DNA from: a bacterium
Lineage (GTDB): Bacteria > Desulfobacterota > DSWW01
Length of the DNA stretch: 64,000 bases
Assembly (NCBI GenBank): GCA_040756235.1
Contig: JBFLZG010000126.1
Location: forward strand, 64,001-128,000
Direction of reading: 5' to 3'
Positions 56,066 to 64,000 of the stretch are shown piece by piece; position 1 is the first letter of the stretch; each line of letters starts with the position of its first letter. A program made the position numbers and the translations under genes. Under the pieces are notes generated by a model. It made no database searches. It worked only from the letters and a program-made list of their open reading frames with translations, and was not told where the DNA came from.

Positions 56066-57577
56066 ATGTACGTCGAGCGTGAAAGATGGGCGCGCGAGGC
56101 CTGGTTCTGGGCATTCAGCCTGTGTCTTGCCTACGTCTTTTTCTATCTCACCACCCACAAACGGCCCCCCCTGACGCTGACCGCGGCGGTGGGATTCGTC
56201 GCGCTCGGCGTCGTCACGCACATGGCTCTCAAGAAGGCGAAGTCGACCCTGTACCTGATCTTCCTGTTCCTGCCGTTCTTTCCCTTCCTGCGCATCCAGA
56301 TCATCCGTTACGAGATCGTCGGCTACACGGTGATGTTCATCGCTGCCCGGTGGACCGAGTTCCTCATGCTGCTGTCCCTCCTGGGCCGGAAGTTGGGCGG
56401 GGTCCGGAGAATCTTGTACTCTGCCCCGCTCCTGGATTTCCTGATTCTGGCTTACGTCCTGGTCGGGCTTGTCTATCTCGGGAAAGCGGTCCGGGGGGGC
56501 AACACCTTCATGGGCCTGTGGGGCCTCAAGGACCAATTTCTCTTTTTCACCTACTACGCCCTCGTCCGCTTCATCCCTCTCGGCAAAGAGGACTTGAAGC
56601 GCTTCCTCACGATCTCGGCCCTGATCGCCGCGGCCATTGCCGCCTTCGGTGCCCTCCAGGCCCAGTTCCTGGGGGACGGCTTCCTCAGGACCCTCGGCTA
56701 CGGAATCGATATCCCCGGCACGGGCTTGACCTACGTCGACCCCAGCTACAAAAGGACCTTCCCCGGAGGCATCAGCTTCATCCGCGCCATCTCCATTCTC
56801 CAGGACGCGCTGAGCCTCGGCGCCTATCTCATGGTCTTTCTCCTGATCCTGCAGCCCTTCTATTTCATGCCGGAACGGAAAGACTGGAGGCTGGCGAAGC
56901 GCTTCTTGTACTTCATCCTTCTCCTCGGCCTGTTCTACACGACCACGCGCTCCGCATGGATCGGAACCGCCGCAGGGACTCTCTATCTCGGCTGGCGGGG
57001 GAAGAGGCTGCTCGTCACCTCGAGCGTCTTCCTGCTGCTCGGCGCGGTCTTCCTGCTGCTCCTGCTGAGCTTCCCGGGGGGCAAGCAATTCCTTCTCGGG
57101 TCCTTTTTCCAGGCTGACGAAGCCAGTCTGACGGGGCACCTGTCCAAGTACGGCTGGCAGTTCCAGACCATGCTGGACAACCCCCTGGGCCTGGGGCTCG
57201 GCATGACCGGCCGCGTGGGCATCCAGTTCGGGTCGGTGCTCCAGGGCGGATTCAACACGGAATGCTGGTACTTGCAGGTCGGCACGCAGATGGGGGTGCT
57301 CGGGTTCGCCTTGTACGTCGGGATCACCCTCGAGACGCTGCGCAAGTTGTTCCTGCTGGGCCTGAGGCTGCGGGATCCGTTCCTGCGCGACCTGGCGGAC
57401 GGAGTGTTCGCGGCCTATCTGGCCTGCGCGCTGTTCGCCATTTCCCTGAACGTCTGGCAGTGCCATCTCATCCCGATCTTCATCCACCTGTTCGTGGGCA
57501 TGGCGATCTTCCACTTTCCGTTCCTCGATGGCGGGCAGCCGGCGCAGGAGAACGCGGTGCCGGCCAGGGCCGCGTGA
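56066..57577 (+). CDS. O-antigen ligase/Wzy polymerase family membrane protein
   Basis: About 12 TM segments, TTTRSAWIG, PLGLGLG and YLQVGTQMGVLG. Confidence 0.75.
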   Translation: MYVERERWAREAWFWAFSLCLAYVFFYLTTHKRPPLTLTAAVGFVALGVVTHMALKKAKSTLYLIFLFLPFFPFLRIQIIRYEIVGYTVMFIAARWTEFLMLLSLLGRKLGGVRRILYSAPLLDFLILAYVLVGLVYLGKAVRGGNTFMGLWGLKDQFLFFTYYALVRFIPLGKEDLKRFLTISALIAAAIAAFGALQAQFLGDGFLRTLGYGIDIPGTGLTYVDPSYKRTFPGGISFIRAISILQDALSLGAYLMVFLLILQPFYFMPERKDWRLAKRFLYFILLLGLFYTTTRSAWIGTAAGTLYLGWRGKRLLVTSSVFLLLGAVFLLLLLSFPGGKQFLLGSFFQADEASLTGHLSKYGWQFQTMLDNPLGLGLGMTGRVGIQFGSVLQGGFNTECWYLQVGTQMGVLGFALYVGITLETLRKLFLLGLRLRDPFLRDLADGVFAAYLACALFAISLNVWQCHLIPIFIHLFVGMAIFHFPFLDGGQPAQENAVPARAA

Positions 57578-57586
57578 GGCAAGCGC

Positions 57587-58852
57587 ATGGAGCGCCCCGG
57601 CGCGTGCGGACCCCGCCTGCCCCACCCGCTCGATCCCGGCCCGGGCGCCCCCTGGGACATCCTGTTCGTCGGCTACGGAGACTGGCTCCTCTGGAACTGG
57701 GACGGCTTTCGTACCCGCAGCGCGCAGCTGTTCCGTTTTCTGGCTCGCTCGAAGCGGGTGGCGCGGGTCTTCGTGCTGAACGAGCCGGTCTATCTGCGCG
57801 GCGGCCAGGCGGGCTTCGCGGTGCCCAGGTGGGAGCGGTTCAAGAGACTTCCGCTGCGGGGAGGCGGCCGGCGGGAGTCGGAAAAAGTGATCCTCCTGGA
57901 GCCCTCCCGCTTTCTGGTCGGGCCGGACCGGATGAAGAGACCCTGGACGGCCCGCATGCTGGCGCGGGAGATGGCGGCCTGGAAGGCGCGCCCGGTCCTG
58001 TGGATCGCCAACGTGCACAAGGCCTGGCTGATGCGTGAGGTTCCGGCTGCGGTGCGCGTGTTCGATGCCATCGACGATTGGGACGCGGTGCCCGAGTACC
58101 GGAAGCAGGGAAAGAACATACGCGCCGGGTATGGCCGGGTCCTGCAGGACGCCGACCTGATTTACACGGTCTCCCGTCCTCTCCTGGCCAAGTTCCGCCG
58201 GAGAGCCCGCACTCCCGAGGTCCATCACCTGCCGAACGGCGTCGACCTCGATCTCTTCTCCACACCGGCCGAACCGCCCCTGAAGAGGCGCGCTGCACGC
58301 AGGCTTCGACAGCCGATTCTGACGTACGTGGGGGTTCTGTCCGAGCGCTTCGACATGGAGCTCATGGGAGAGGTCGCGCGGCAATGGCCGCGGTGCACGA
58401 TCCGGCTCGTGGGTCCGGTGGGCGGCACCCTGGAGCTGAGATTACGGCGCCTCCGGGGCCTGCCGAACGTGGAATGGACAGGGTTGGTCCGCCACGAGCG
58501 GGTTCCGGACCTGCTGCGGGAGTCGGACGTGCTCTTGATTCCCCACCGCGAGTCCCCGTTGAGCCTCTCCATGGACCCCCTGAAGCTTTACGAGTACCTG
58601 ACGACCGGCCTGCCGGTCGTAACCACACCCGTGCCGCCCGTGGAGGAGTACGCTCGCTGGCTCTACATCGGTGCTGCGAGCGACTTTCCGCGTCTGGTCG
58701 GCGAGGCCCTGGCGGAGGCCGACCGGGCACAAGCCGAGGCGCTCTGGAGAGGTCGCATCGAAGTGGGGAAAAAGCAGGGGTGGGAGATCCGGATCGGCCG
58801 GATCCTGTCCGACCTGGACCGGCTCCGCGGCTCGCTGCCCTCTTGCCTTTGA
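57587..58852 (+). CDS. glycosyltransferase (TuaH-like GT4)
   Basis: FDAIDDW, LPNGVD and DPLKLYEYLTTGLPVVTT. Confidence 0.85.
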   Translation: MERPGACGPRLPHPLDPGPGAPWDILFVGYGDWLLWNWDGFRTRSAQLFRFLARSKRVARVFVLNEPVYLRGGQAGFAVPRWERFKRLPLRGGGRRESEKVILLEPSRFLVGPDRMKRPWTARMLAREMAAWKARPVLWIANVHKAWLMREVPAAVRVFDAIDDWDAVPEYRKQGKNIRAGYGRVLQDADLIYTVSRPLLAKFRRRARTPEVHHLPNGVDLDLFSTPAEPPLKRRAARRLRQPILTYVGVLSERFDMELMGEVARQWPRCTIRLVGPVGGTLELRLRRLRGLPNVEWTGLVRHERVPDLLRESDVLLIPHRESPLSLSMDPLKLYEYLTTGLPVVTTPVPPVEEYARWLYIGAASDFPRLVGEALAEADRAQAEALWRGRIEVGKKQGWEIRIGRILSDLDRLRGSLPSCL

Positions 58853-58873
58853 CCTTCTTCCTTGCGCCGTCTT

Positions 58874-59893
58874 TCAGGACTCCGGCCCTCTCCGGAAGGG
58901 AACGAGCGGCTCGAGTCGGAACACCAGCCGCTCGGCGTCCAACCGGTAGTACCGGTCCCGGGTTTCGCCCTGCCTCCACGCACAGTCGTCTCCTGTGGCG
59001 TCGCCCGCGCCGGCATCCACGACCTCGATTCGCAGGAGAGGACCGTCCAGCCGATTGCCGAGAATTCGATAGAGACCGCGCGCGCGCCCGCCCTCGGCGT
59101 CCCTCCACAGGACCTCGCCCGAGGACCGGATGTCCATCCACTCGACGGTCCCGCACCGGTTTTCCCGCTGCCAGGTGCCGAAAAGGGGAGCTCGGTCGAA
59201 AGCCGGAGTGCCGATCCAGCGGATCGCCAGGGCGAGGACCGCCAGCGCGAGGACGGCCGCCCCGTCCGCAGGCAGGAGTCCGCCGGGGAGCCGCCTTCTT
59301 CTCCCGGGCGGCGAATCCGACTCCCCGCGCCTGCAGTCGCTCGGTGCCGCCCTGGCCGCGGACAGGGGGACGAGAGCAATCGTGGCCAGCGCGAGCGTCG
59401 CCGCCACGAGGTTCAGCACCAGGTCGCGGTTGTCGTAGTAGCGGGTCGGCAGCAACCCCTGCGCCGCCTCGTCGAGGAAGCCGATCCAGACCGTGGCAAT
59501 CGCGGCCTGTGCGTAGCGCCTCGGCCCGGTCCGGCTCCGTCCTGCGGCCTGGAAGCAGAGGGCCGCCAGCAGGCCGTACTCGAAGAAGTGCACCCGCTCC
59601 ACCGTGATCCGCGTCAACCACGCCATGCAGCATACGAAGAGCCCGAACAGCAGGGAGAATCGCAAGACGGCCCGGCCGGAGGGCGCTCCCCGCAGGCTGC
59701 GGATGCGCAGGAAGCCCCAGGCCAGCAGGCCCGCGAGCGCCGCGAGGAGGGAGAAGCTCAGGAGCCCCTGGAGGTTCCTTGCTTCCAACCAGTCCATGAA
59801 GGCGCGCACGAACACCAGGCTGCAGAACAGGAGCGCCGCATAGAGCAGGACCCATTTCCAGGAGGAGAGGAAATGCCGTGCCGCGGACCTCAT
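58874..59893 (-). CDS. VanZ-like family membrane protein with C-terminal soluble domain
   Basis: ERVHFFEYGLLA, GFLDEAAQGLLPTRYYDNRDLVLN. Confidence 0.75.
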   Translation of the reverse strand: MRSAARHFLSSWKWVLLYAALLFCSLVFVRAFMDWLEARNLQGLLSFSLLAALAGLLAWGFLRIRSLRGAPSGRAVLRFSLLFGLFVCCMAWLTRITVERVHFFEYGLLAALCFQAAGRSRTGPRRYAQAAIATVWIGFLDEAAQGLLPTRYYDNRDLVLNLVAATLALATIALVPLSAARAAPSDCRRGESDSPPGRRRRLPGGLLPADGAAVLALAVLALAIRWIGTPAFDRAPLFGTWQRENRCGTVEWMDIRSSGEVLWRDAEGGRARGLYRILGNRLDGPLLRIEVVDAGAGDATGDDCAWRQGETRDRYYRLDAERLVFRLEPLVPFRRGPES

Positions 59894-59916
59894 GAGCGCT
59901 CCTTCCCCCCCCTGTC

Positions 59917-60570
59917 CTATCGCTCCCAATGCGCGTTCTCGCGGACGGTGCGAGCCGGATTTCCCGCGACCACCGTGCGGGCCGGCACCTTCTTCCCGGC
60001 TATGACCGAGCCGGCACCCACCACGGCTCCGGCCTCGATCCGGGTGCCCTTGAGAATCAGGCTCCGGGCGCCGATCCAGACGTGGTCGGCAATGTGGATG
60101 GACGCGGTGGCAGGCTCAGGATTCCCTTCAGGGCCCGAGAGGCGATGGTAGTCGCCGTCCATGATCTGCACTTCCCAGGAGATGGCGCAATCGGCTCCGA
60201 TCCGGATCTCCTCCAGAGCGATGATCCGAGAACCAGGGTTGATGGTCGTTCCTGCGCCGATTTCCAGGAGCGCGCCCGGGTGGACTTCAAGGACGGCGCC
60301 GTCGCCGATCACCGCCTCTCCCTGAAAGCGCAGGCACGCACCGTCGTGCACGACGATCCCCCCCTTGGATCTCCAGAAGTCCCAGAAGCAGCCGAACTGA
60401 ACCCGACCCGCCGCCTTCTCGATCCTCGCGCCGGGATGCTGTAGGATGCGATTCCCGTTGAACAGGTAGATCCCGGACGCGAGCCTGCCCGGGTGGCGCA
60501 GAGGGTAAACCAGGTTGCGGGGATCGTAGCGGATCGCTTTCCAGATGCGCGCGAGGTCTTTGGGCAGCAT
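59917..60570 (-). CDS. hexapeptide-repeat O-acyltransferase
   Basis: IRIGADCAISWEVQIMDGDYH, IADHVWIGAR and VVAGNPAR. Confidence 0.85.
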   Translation of the reverse strand: MLPKDLARIWKAIRYDPRNLVYPLRHPGRLASGIYLFNGNRILQHPGARIEKAAGRVQFGCFWDFWRSKGGIVVHDGACLRFQGEAVIGDGAVLEVHPGALLEIGAGTTINPGSRIIALEEIRIGADCAISWEVQIMDGDYHRLSGPEGNPEPATASIHIADHVWIGARSLILKGTRIEAGAVVGAGSVIAGKKVPARTVVAGNPARTVRENAHWER

Positions 60571-60733
60571 GCTCCTTACCCTGCAGGTTGCGCAGTCCCG
60601 GATCCGGCGCGGCGCAGCAGGTGCTGCGAGCGCACGGCTCCGTTCCACGGCAGTTCGGATCTCTGTTTGACGGAACGGCCGACACCCTTATCATATTCCC
60701 GCGGAACGGGGCAAAGCAGTCGGCGGTTGGTCC

Positions 60734-60761
60734 CAGGGGGCGACCGGCCGGTCGCCCCTGC
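60734..60761. repeat. GTAG-type REP-like palindrome
   Basis: GGGGCGACCGGCCGGTCGCCCC, similar to the 21208-21230 copy. Confidence 0.6.
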
Positions 60762-60782
60762 ACGGCCCGCCTGGAGAGATCG

Positions 60783-62036
60783 TTGAACCACCCCTTGTAC
60801 GTGCTGCAGCTGAACGCCACCAACTTCGTTCCCGACATGGGCGGGATCGCCACCTACAACCACGAGCTGGCTCACCACATCGGCCTGCGCGGCCACTCGG
60901 TGGAGCTGCTGACCTATCCCTCTGCCGGTCCGCTCCGGGCGGGCGGTTTCGCCTACACGATCCGGCCCGGCCGCAGCTTCGATCTCAGGGAGGTCGTTGC
61001 ACGAGGGGGCTCCCGGGCCTTCCTGCTGCGCAGCCTGCCTCCCAAGGTGGCGGGGATGACTCGGGTCGCGCTGAGGGCCCTGCGCATCGCTCCGGCCGGA
61101 TCGCGGCGCGTGCTCTGGGCCATGACCTGGTGGCCCGAGGGGATCGCCGCATGGCTGGCGGGCCGCCTGCGGCGCGTTCCTTACTTCGTCAGCGCTCACG
61201 GCTACGAAGCCGTGATCCCGAAGACCGCGAGAAGGCACTTGCTTTACCGTTCGGTCATGGGGCAGGCTGCGGCCGTGTTCGCCGTGAGCCGCCACACGGC
61301 CGGCCTGCTGGAGCTTTGCGGGGTCCCGCCGGAGCGGATCCGGGTGATTCCGAACGGGGTCGATCCGGATCGGTTTCGACTCACGGCGGAAGTCGCCGCA
61401 CGGATGAGCGACCTGCGGCGCCGGTTCCTGCTCGACGGCTGTTACGTCCTTCTCACGATCGCCCGGCTGACCGAACGAAAGGGCCACATGGCCGTGCTCA
61501 GGGCCCTGGCCGCCTTGCGTGGCGCGGCCCCGGACCTGCGTTACGTGATCGCGGGCGAAGGCCCGATGCGGCCGCGACTCGAGGAGGCCGTGGTCGGGCT
61601 CCGCCTGGAAGGCGTCGTGGCGTTTGCCGGGGAGGTCAGCGAGCCGGACAAGCTCGCCCTGCTCCATGGCTCCGACGTCTTCGTGATGCCGAACCGGGAC
61701 ATTCCCCTTGGCAAGGGCGGCGTGGACACCGAAGGATTCGGGATGGTCTTCCTGGAAGCGGCCGCCTGCGGCAAGCCGGTCGTGGCGGGCAGGGCGGGCG
61801 GGGCAGTCGAGGCGGTGGTCGACGGGTGCACCGGTATCCTGGTCGATCCGCTCGACGACGGTGAGGTCCGAGAGGCCTTGCAGAAGCTGCGCCGCGACCG
61901 GGAGCTGGCCGCACGGCTGGGGCGCGCAGGGCTGGCCAGGGTGAAAAGGGACTTCACCTGGGTTAGGATTTCCGAGACCTACTGCAATGAGCTCGAGGCC
62001 GGCTCCAGGCAAACGGATCGGAGCCGCCTGGAATAG
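60783..62036 (+). CDS. glycosyltransferase family 4 (PimB-like)
   Basis: PDMGGIATY, AHGYE, IPNGVD, RKGH and EGFGMVFLEAAACGKPVV; start approximate. Confidence 0.88.
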   Translation: MNHPLYVLQLNATNFVPDMGGIATYNHELAHHIGLRGHSVELLTYPSAGPLRAGGFAYTIRPGRSFDLREVVARGGSRAFLLRSLPPKVAGMTRVALRALRIAPAGSRRVLWAMTWWPEGIAAWLAGRLRRVPYFVSAHGYEAVIPKTARRHLLYRSVMGQAAAVFAVSRHTAGLLELCGVPPERIRVIPNGVDPDRFRLTAEVAARMSDLRRRFLLDGCYVLLTIARLTERKGHMAVLRALAALRGAAPDLRYVIAGEGPMRPRLEEAVVGLRLEGVVAFAGEVSEPDKLALLHGSDVFVMPNRDIPLGKGGVDTEGFGMVFLEAAACGKPVVAGRAGGAVEAVVDGCTGILVDPLDDGEVREALQKLRRDRELAARLGRAGLARVKRDFTWVRISETYCNELEAGSRQTDRSRLE

Positions 62037-62077
62037 ATCCATAAACGACTTGAAGAAACAAGCTGCAATAGCTTGAT

Positions 62078-63691
62078 ATGAAAAAGAACATTTCTCGATC
62101 CGAATTTCATCCTGCCCCTCTGGGGGCGGCGTGGCTGCTCCTGGCGGTGGTGCTGGCCCTGGCGTCGGCAGCCGGCCGGGTCCAGGCTTTCGAGCCCGGC
62201 ACGCTCAAGCTGGGAACGATCGAGATCCATCCCTCCATCGCCAGCGAAGTTTTGTACTGCGACAACATCACCCTGAGCCACGATGCCGAGTCCGACGTGG
62301 TTTTCAAGGAGGTCGCGGGCCTGTCGCTGCTGTGGGGAAGGACGTACGTTCCGATCCAGGGGCCCAGGGTCGGCAATCCGTTCGGCCTGACCGAGGATTT
62401 CCTGGTCGGCCTCTATCTGACGCGGCTTCTCCCTCTGGGAGAGCGTGGATACCTGGGCGCCGGCCGGCCGGCCGTGAGCGTCGGCAGGCCGATCGAGAGC
62501 GCCATCCTGAGCGGGCTGAAGCTGCGCAGGGCGTCGTTGTCTCTCGATTACGAGCCGCAGATCGTCCGCCTCGTGGAACATCCCGAGCTCAACTCGATCG
62601 ATCACGAGCTGAGCTTTGCCGGCGACTTGCGTTTCCCCGGCGGCCTGTACGTGCGCCTGGACGACGGCTTCGTCAGCTCCTCGGCCATCAACAGCTTCCG
62701 CCGGGAGGTGGCCGACCTCACCGCCGCCCAGAGGTCCGAGGGGATCGGCTTTCAGACCAACCTGCTTTCCTTCACGGTCGGCTACAACTTCTACGCCGAC
62801 TACGCCGTGTTCCTGACCTATTCGAACTACCTCTTCTTCCTGGACGGGTTCGATGCCAGTCAGGTGCTTTCCGGGCTGGACCTGCCGGGCTTCGACGTCG
62901 AGCTGAGCGGTGTGGATTCCGGAACCCTGGGGTCGAGCCTGCAAACGCTCGGCATCTATTTCGCCACCGTGCTGCGGCGGAAGACGACCCTGTCCCTCGG
63001 GTACATCGTGGGTAGGCTCGAGGGAAATCTTGATGACTTCGGGCTCGAGGTACGCCTCCCGGAGGAGCTCCCGCCGCTCGCGGCGCGGATCCGTGGAGAC
63101 CCCCGTGACGCCGACCTGCAGGAGTTGCGCCTCGGGTTCCAGCGCGCCTTGACGAGCGCGCAATCCGTTTTCGGCTGGCCGGTCCCCAAGACGGTGCTGG
63201 AAGGCTCTTTCTCGTTTCAGTGGCGGGACTTCAAGAGATCGCGCCTCGTGCTCGAGGCCGCGGGTGAGCCCTTTCTCGAGCTGCCCTTCAAGCGCGAGAG
63301 CTTCCACGAGTATTTCTTCAACCTCCGGCTCGTCTCCCAGCTTCGTCCCCGCACCCAGGTCCGCGTGGGGGTGGACCGGTATCCCCGGGAAGCGGTCGGC
63401 GGCAGCGGCAACGTCGCGATCGACTGGGAGTCCTTTGTCTCCGTCTCCCAGGGGATCCGGGAAAAGCTGTTGTTCGACGTCAGCGGCCTGGTGCGCTACA
63501 GCGAACAACCCTATGCCGATGCCGGCGGCAACGACTTCCTGGACTACCAGGCCGAGGCTTCCCTGTCCTACCGCATCCAGACCTGGCTGCAGGCCGGAGT
63601 CTCCTATCAATTTCTTGCGCGTGATGCGGACAACCACTATAATGCCTACCGGTCCCACAGGGCTCGCCTGCGGGCTCTTGTTTTGTTCTGA
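62078..63691 (+). CDS. outer-membrane beta-barrel protein of an EPS export locus (BBP2-like)
   Basis: Signal peptide, IHPSIASEVLYCDNI, alternating beta-strand pattern and terminal Phe; upstream of wza. Confidence 0.7.
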   Translation: MKKNISRSEFHPAPLGAAWLLLAVVLALASAAGRVQAFEPGTLKLGTIEIHPSIASEVLYCDNITLSHDAESDVVFKEVAGLSLLWGRTYVPIQGPRVGNPFGLTEDFLVGLYLTRLLPLGERGYLGAGRPAVSVGRPIESAILSGLKLRRASLSLDYEPQIVRLVEHPELNSIDHELSFAGDLRFPGGLYVRLDDGFVSSSAINSFRREVADLTAAQRSEGIGFQTNLLSFTVGYNFYADYAVFLTYSNYLFFLDGFDASQVLSGLDLPGFDVELSGVDSGTLGSSLQTLGIYFATVLRRKTTLSLGYIVGRLEGNLDDFGLEVRLPEELPPLAARIRGDPRDADLQELRLGFQRALTSAQSVFGWPVPKTVLEGSFSFQWRDFKRSRLVLEAAGEPFLELPFKRESFHEYFFNLRLVSQLRPRTQVRVGVDRYPREAVGGSGNVAIDWESFVSVSQGIREKLLFDVSGLVRYSEQPYADAGGNDFLDYQAEASLSYRIQTWLQAGVSYQFLARDADNHYNAYRSHRARLRALVLF

Positions 63692-63727
63692 CAGCCGTTT
63701 CGAGCGGGACCTGCGGAGCACCAGAGA

Positions 63728-64000
63728 ATGATGTGCAGGGAAAAGGAAAGCACCCCGTTCACCGAGCACCGCCCCCCTTTTCTCTTCTCTCGGATCTCCT
63801 GGATCCTGATTCTCTTCTCTTTTTCCGTGCTCGGCCTGCAGGGGTGCGGTTCCGCGGCGGCCTCGGCGGAATCCGCGGATGCCGTGAGCGCGCCGCTTCC
63901 GGAGCTCGACGCGCTGCCCGCACCCGGCCCCGCTGAGAGCCCGCCCCCCGCAGATTACCGGCTCGGCGCCGAGGACGTGATGAACATCGTGGTCTACGGC
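63728..64000 (+). CDS. polysaccharide export lipoprotein (Wza/OPX), truncated by the window end
   Basis: Hand translation gives lipobox LQGC and DYRLGAEDVMNIVVYG. Confidence 0.8.
   Translation, partial: MMCREKESTPFTEHRPPFLFSRISWILILFSFSVLGLQGCGSAAASAESADAVSAPLPELDALPAPGPAESPPPADYRLGAEDVMNIVVYG

Noticed and set aside
1..64000. Alternative genetic code (UGA = Trp or Gly)
   Set aside because: Many conserved genes end at UGA at the expected length, TGG is used for Trp, and prfB with its UGA frameshift is present.

Overview
High-GC bacterial chromosomal window. Gene order (lysS-lolC/E-lolD-bamA-skp-lpxD-fabZ-lpxA, leuS-lptE-holA, TPR-DUF4388-phoH) suggests a deltaproteobacterium (Desulfobacterota-like), by inference. 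It is dominated by cell-envelope genes: LPS core heptosyltransferases, a long minus-strand Lol/Bam/lipid A/Kdo/heptose run, a surface-polysaccharide cassette (about 3.7-13.8 kb) and the start of a Wzy/Wza-type EPS locus (56-64 kb). Housekeeping genes include glgC, purF, lysS, prfB with its programmed +1 frameshift, ybeY, phoH, mazG, murJ, rpsT, holA and leuS. The best hidden feature is at 17737-18489 (-), which the ORF track breaks into fragments. It is one 250-codon MerB (organomercurial lyase)-like reading frame with two in-frame UGA codons at the positions of the two catalytic cysteines, each followed by a SECIS-like hairpin with a GGUC loop. It is therefore a probable double-selenocysteine organometal lyase, co-oriented with an AmpG-like MFS transporter. 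Intergenic DNA carries several repeat families: a 125-205 bp MITE-like element that often overlaps or abuts stop codons, REP-like palindromes at convergent junctions, and an inverted heptamer array. No rRNA, tRNA, CRISPR array or transposase was seen. All calls come from reading the sequence and recalled motifs; no database searches were run.
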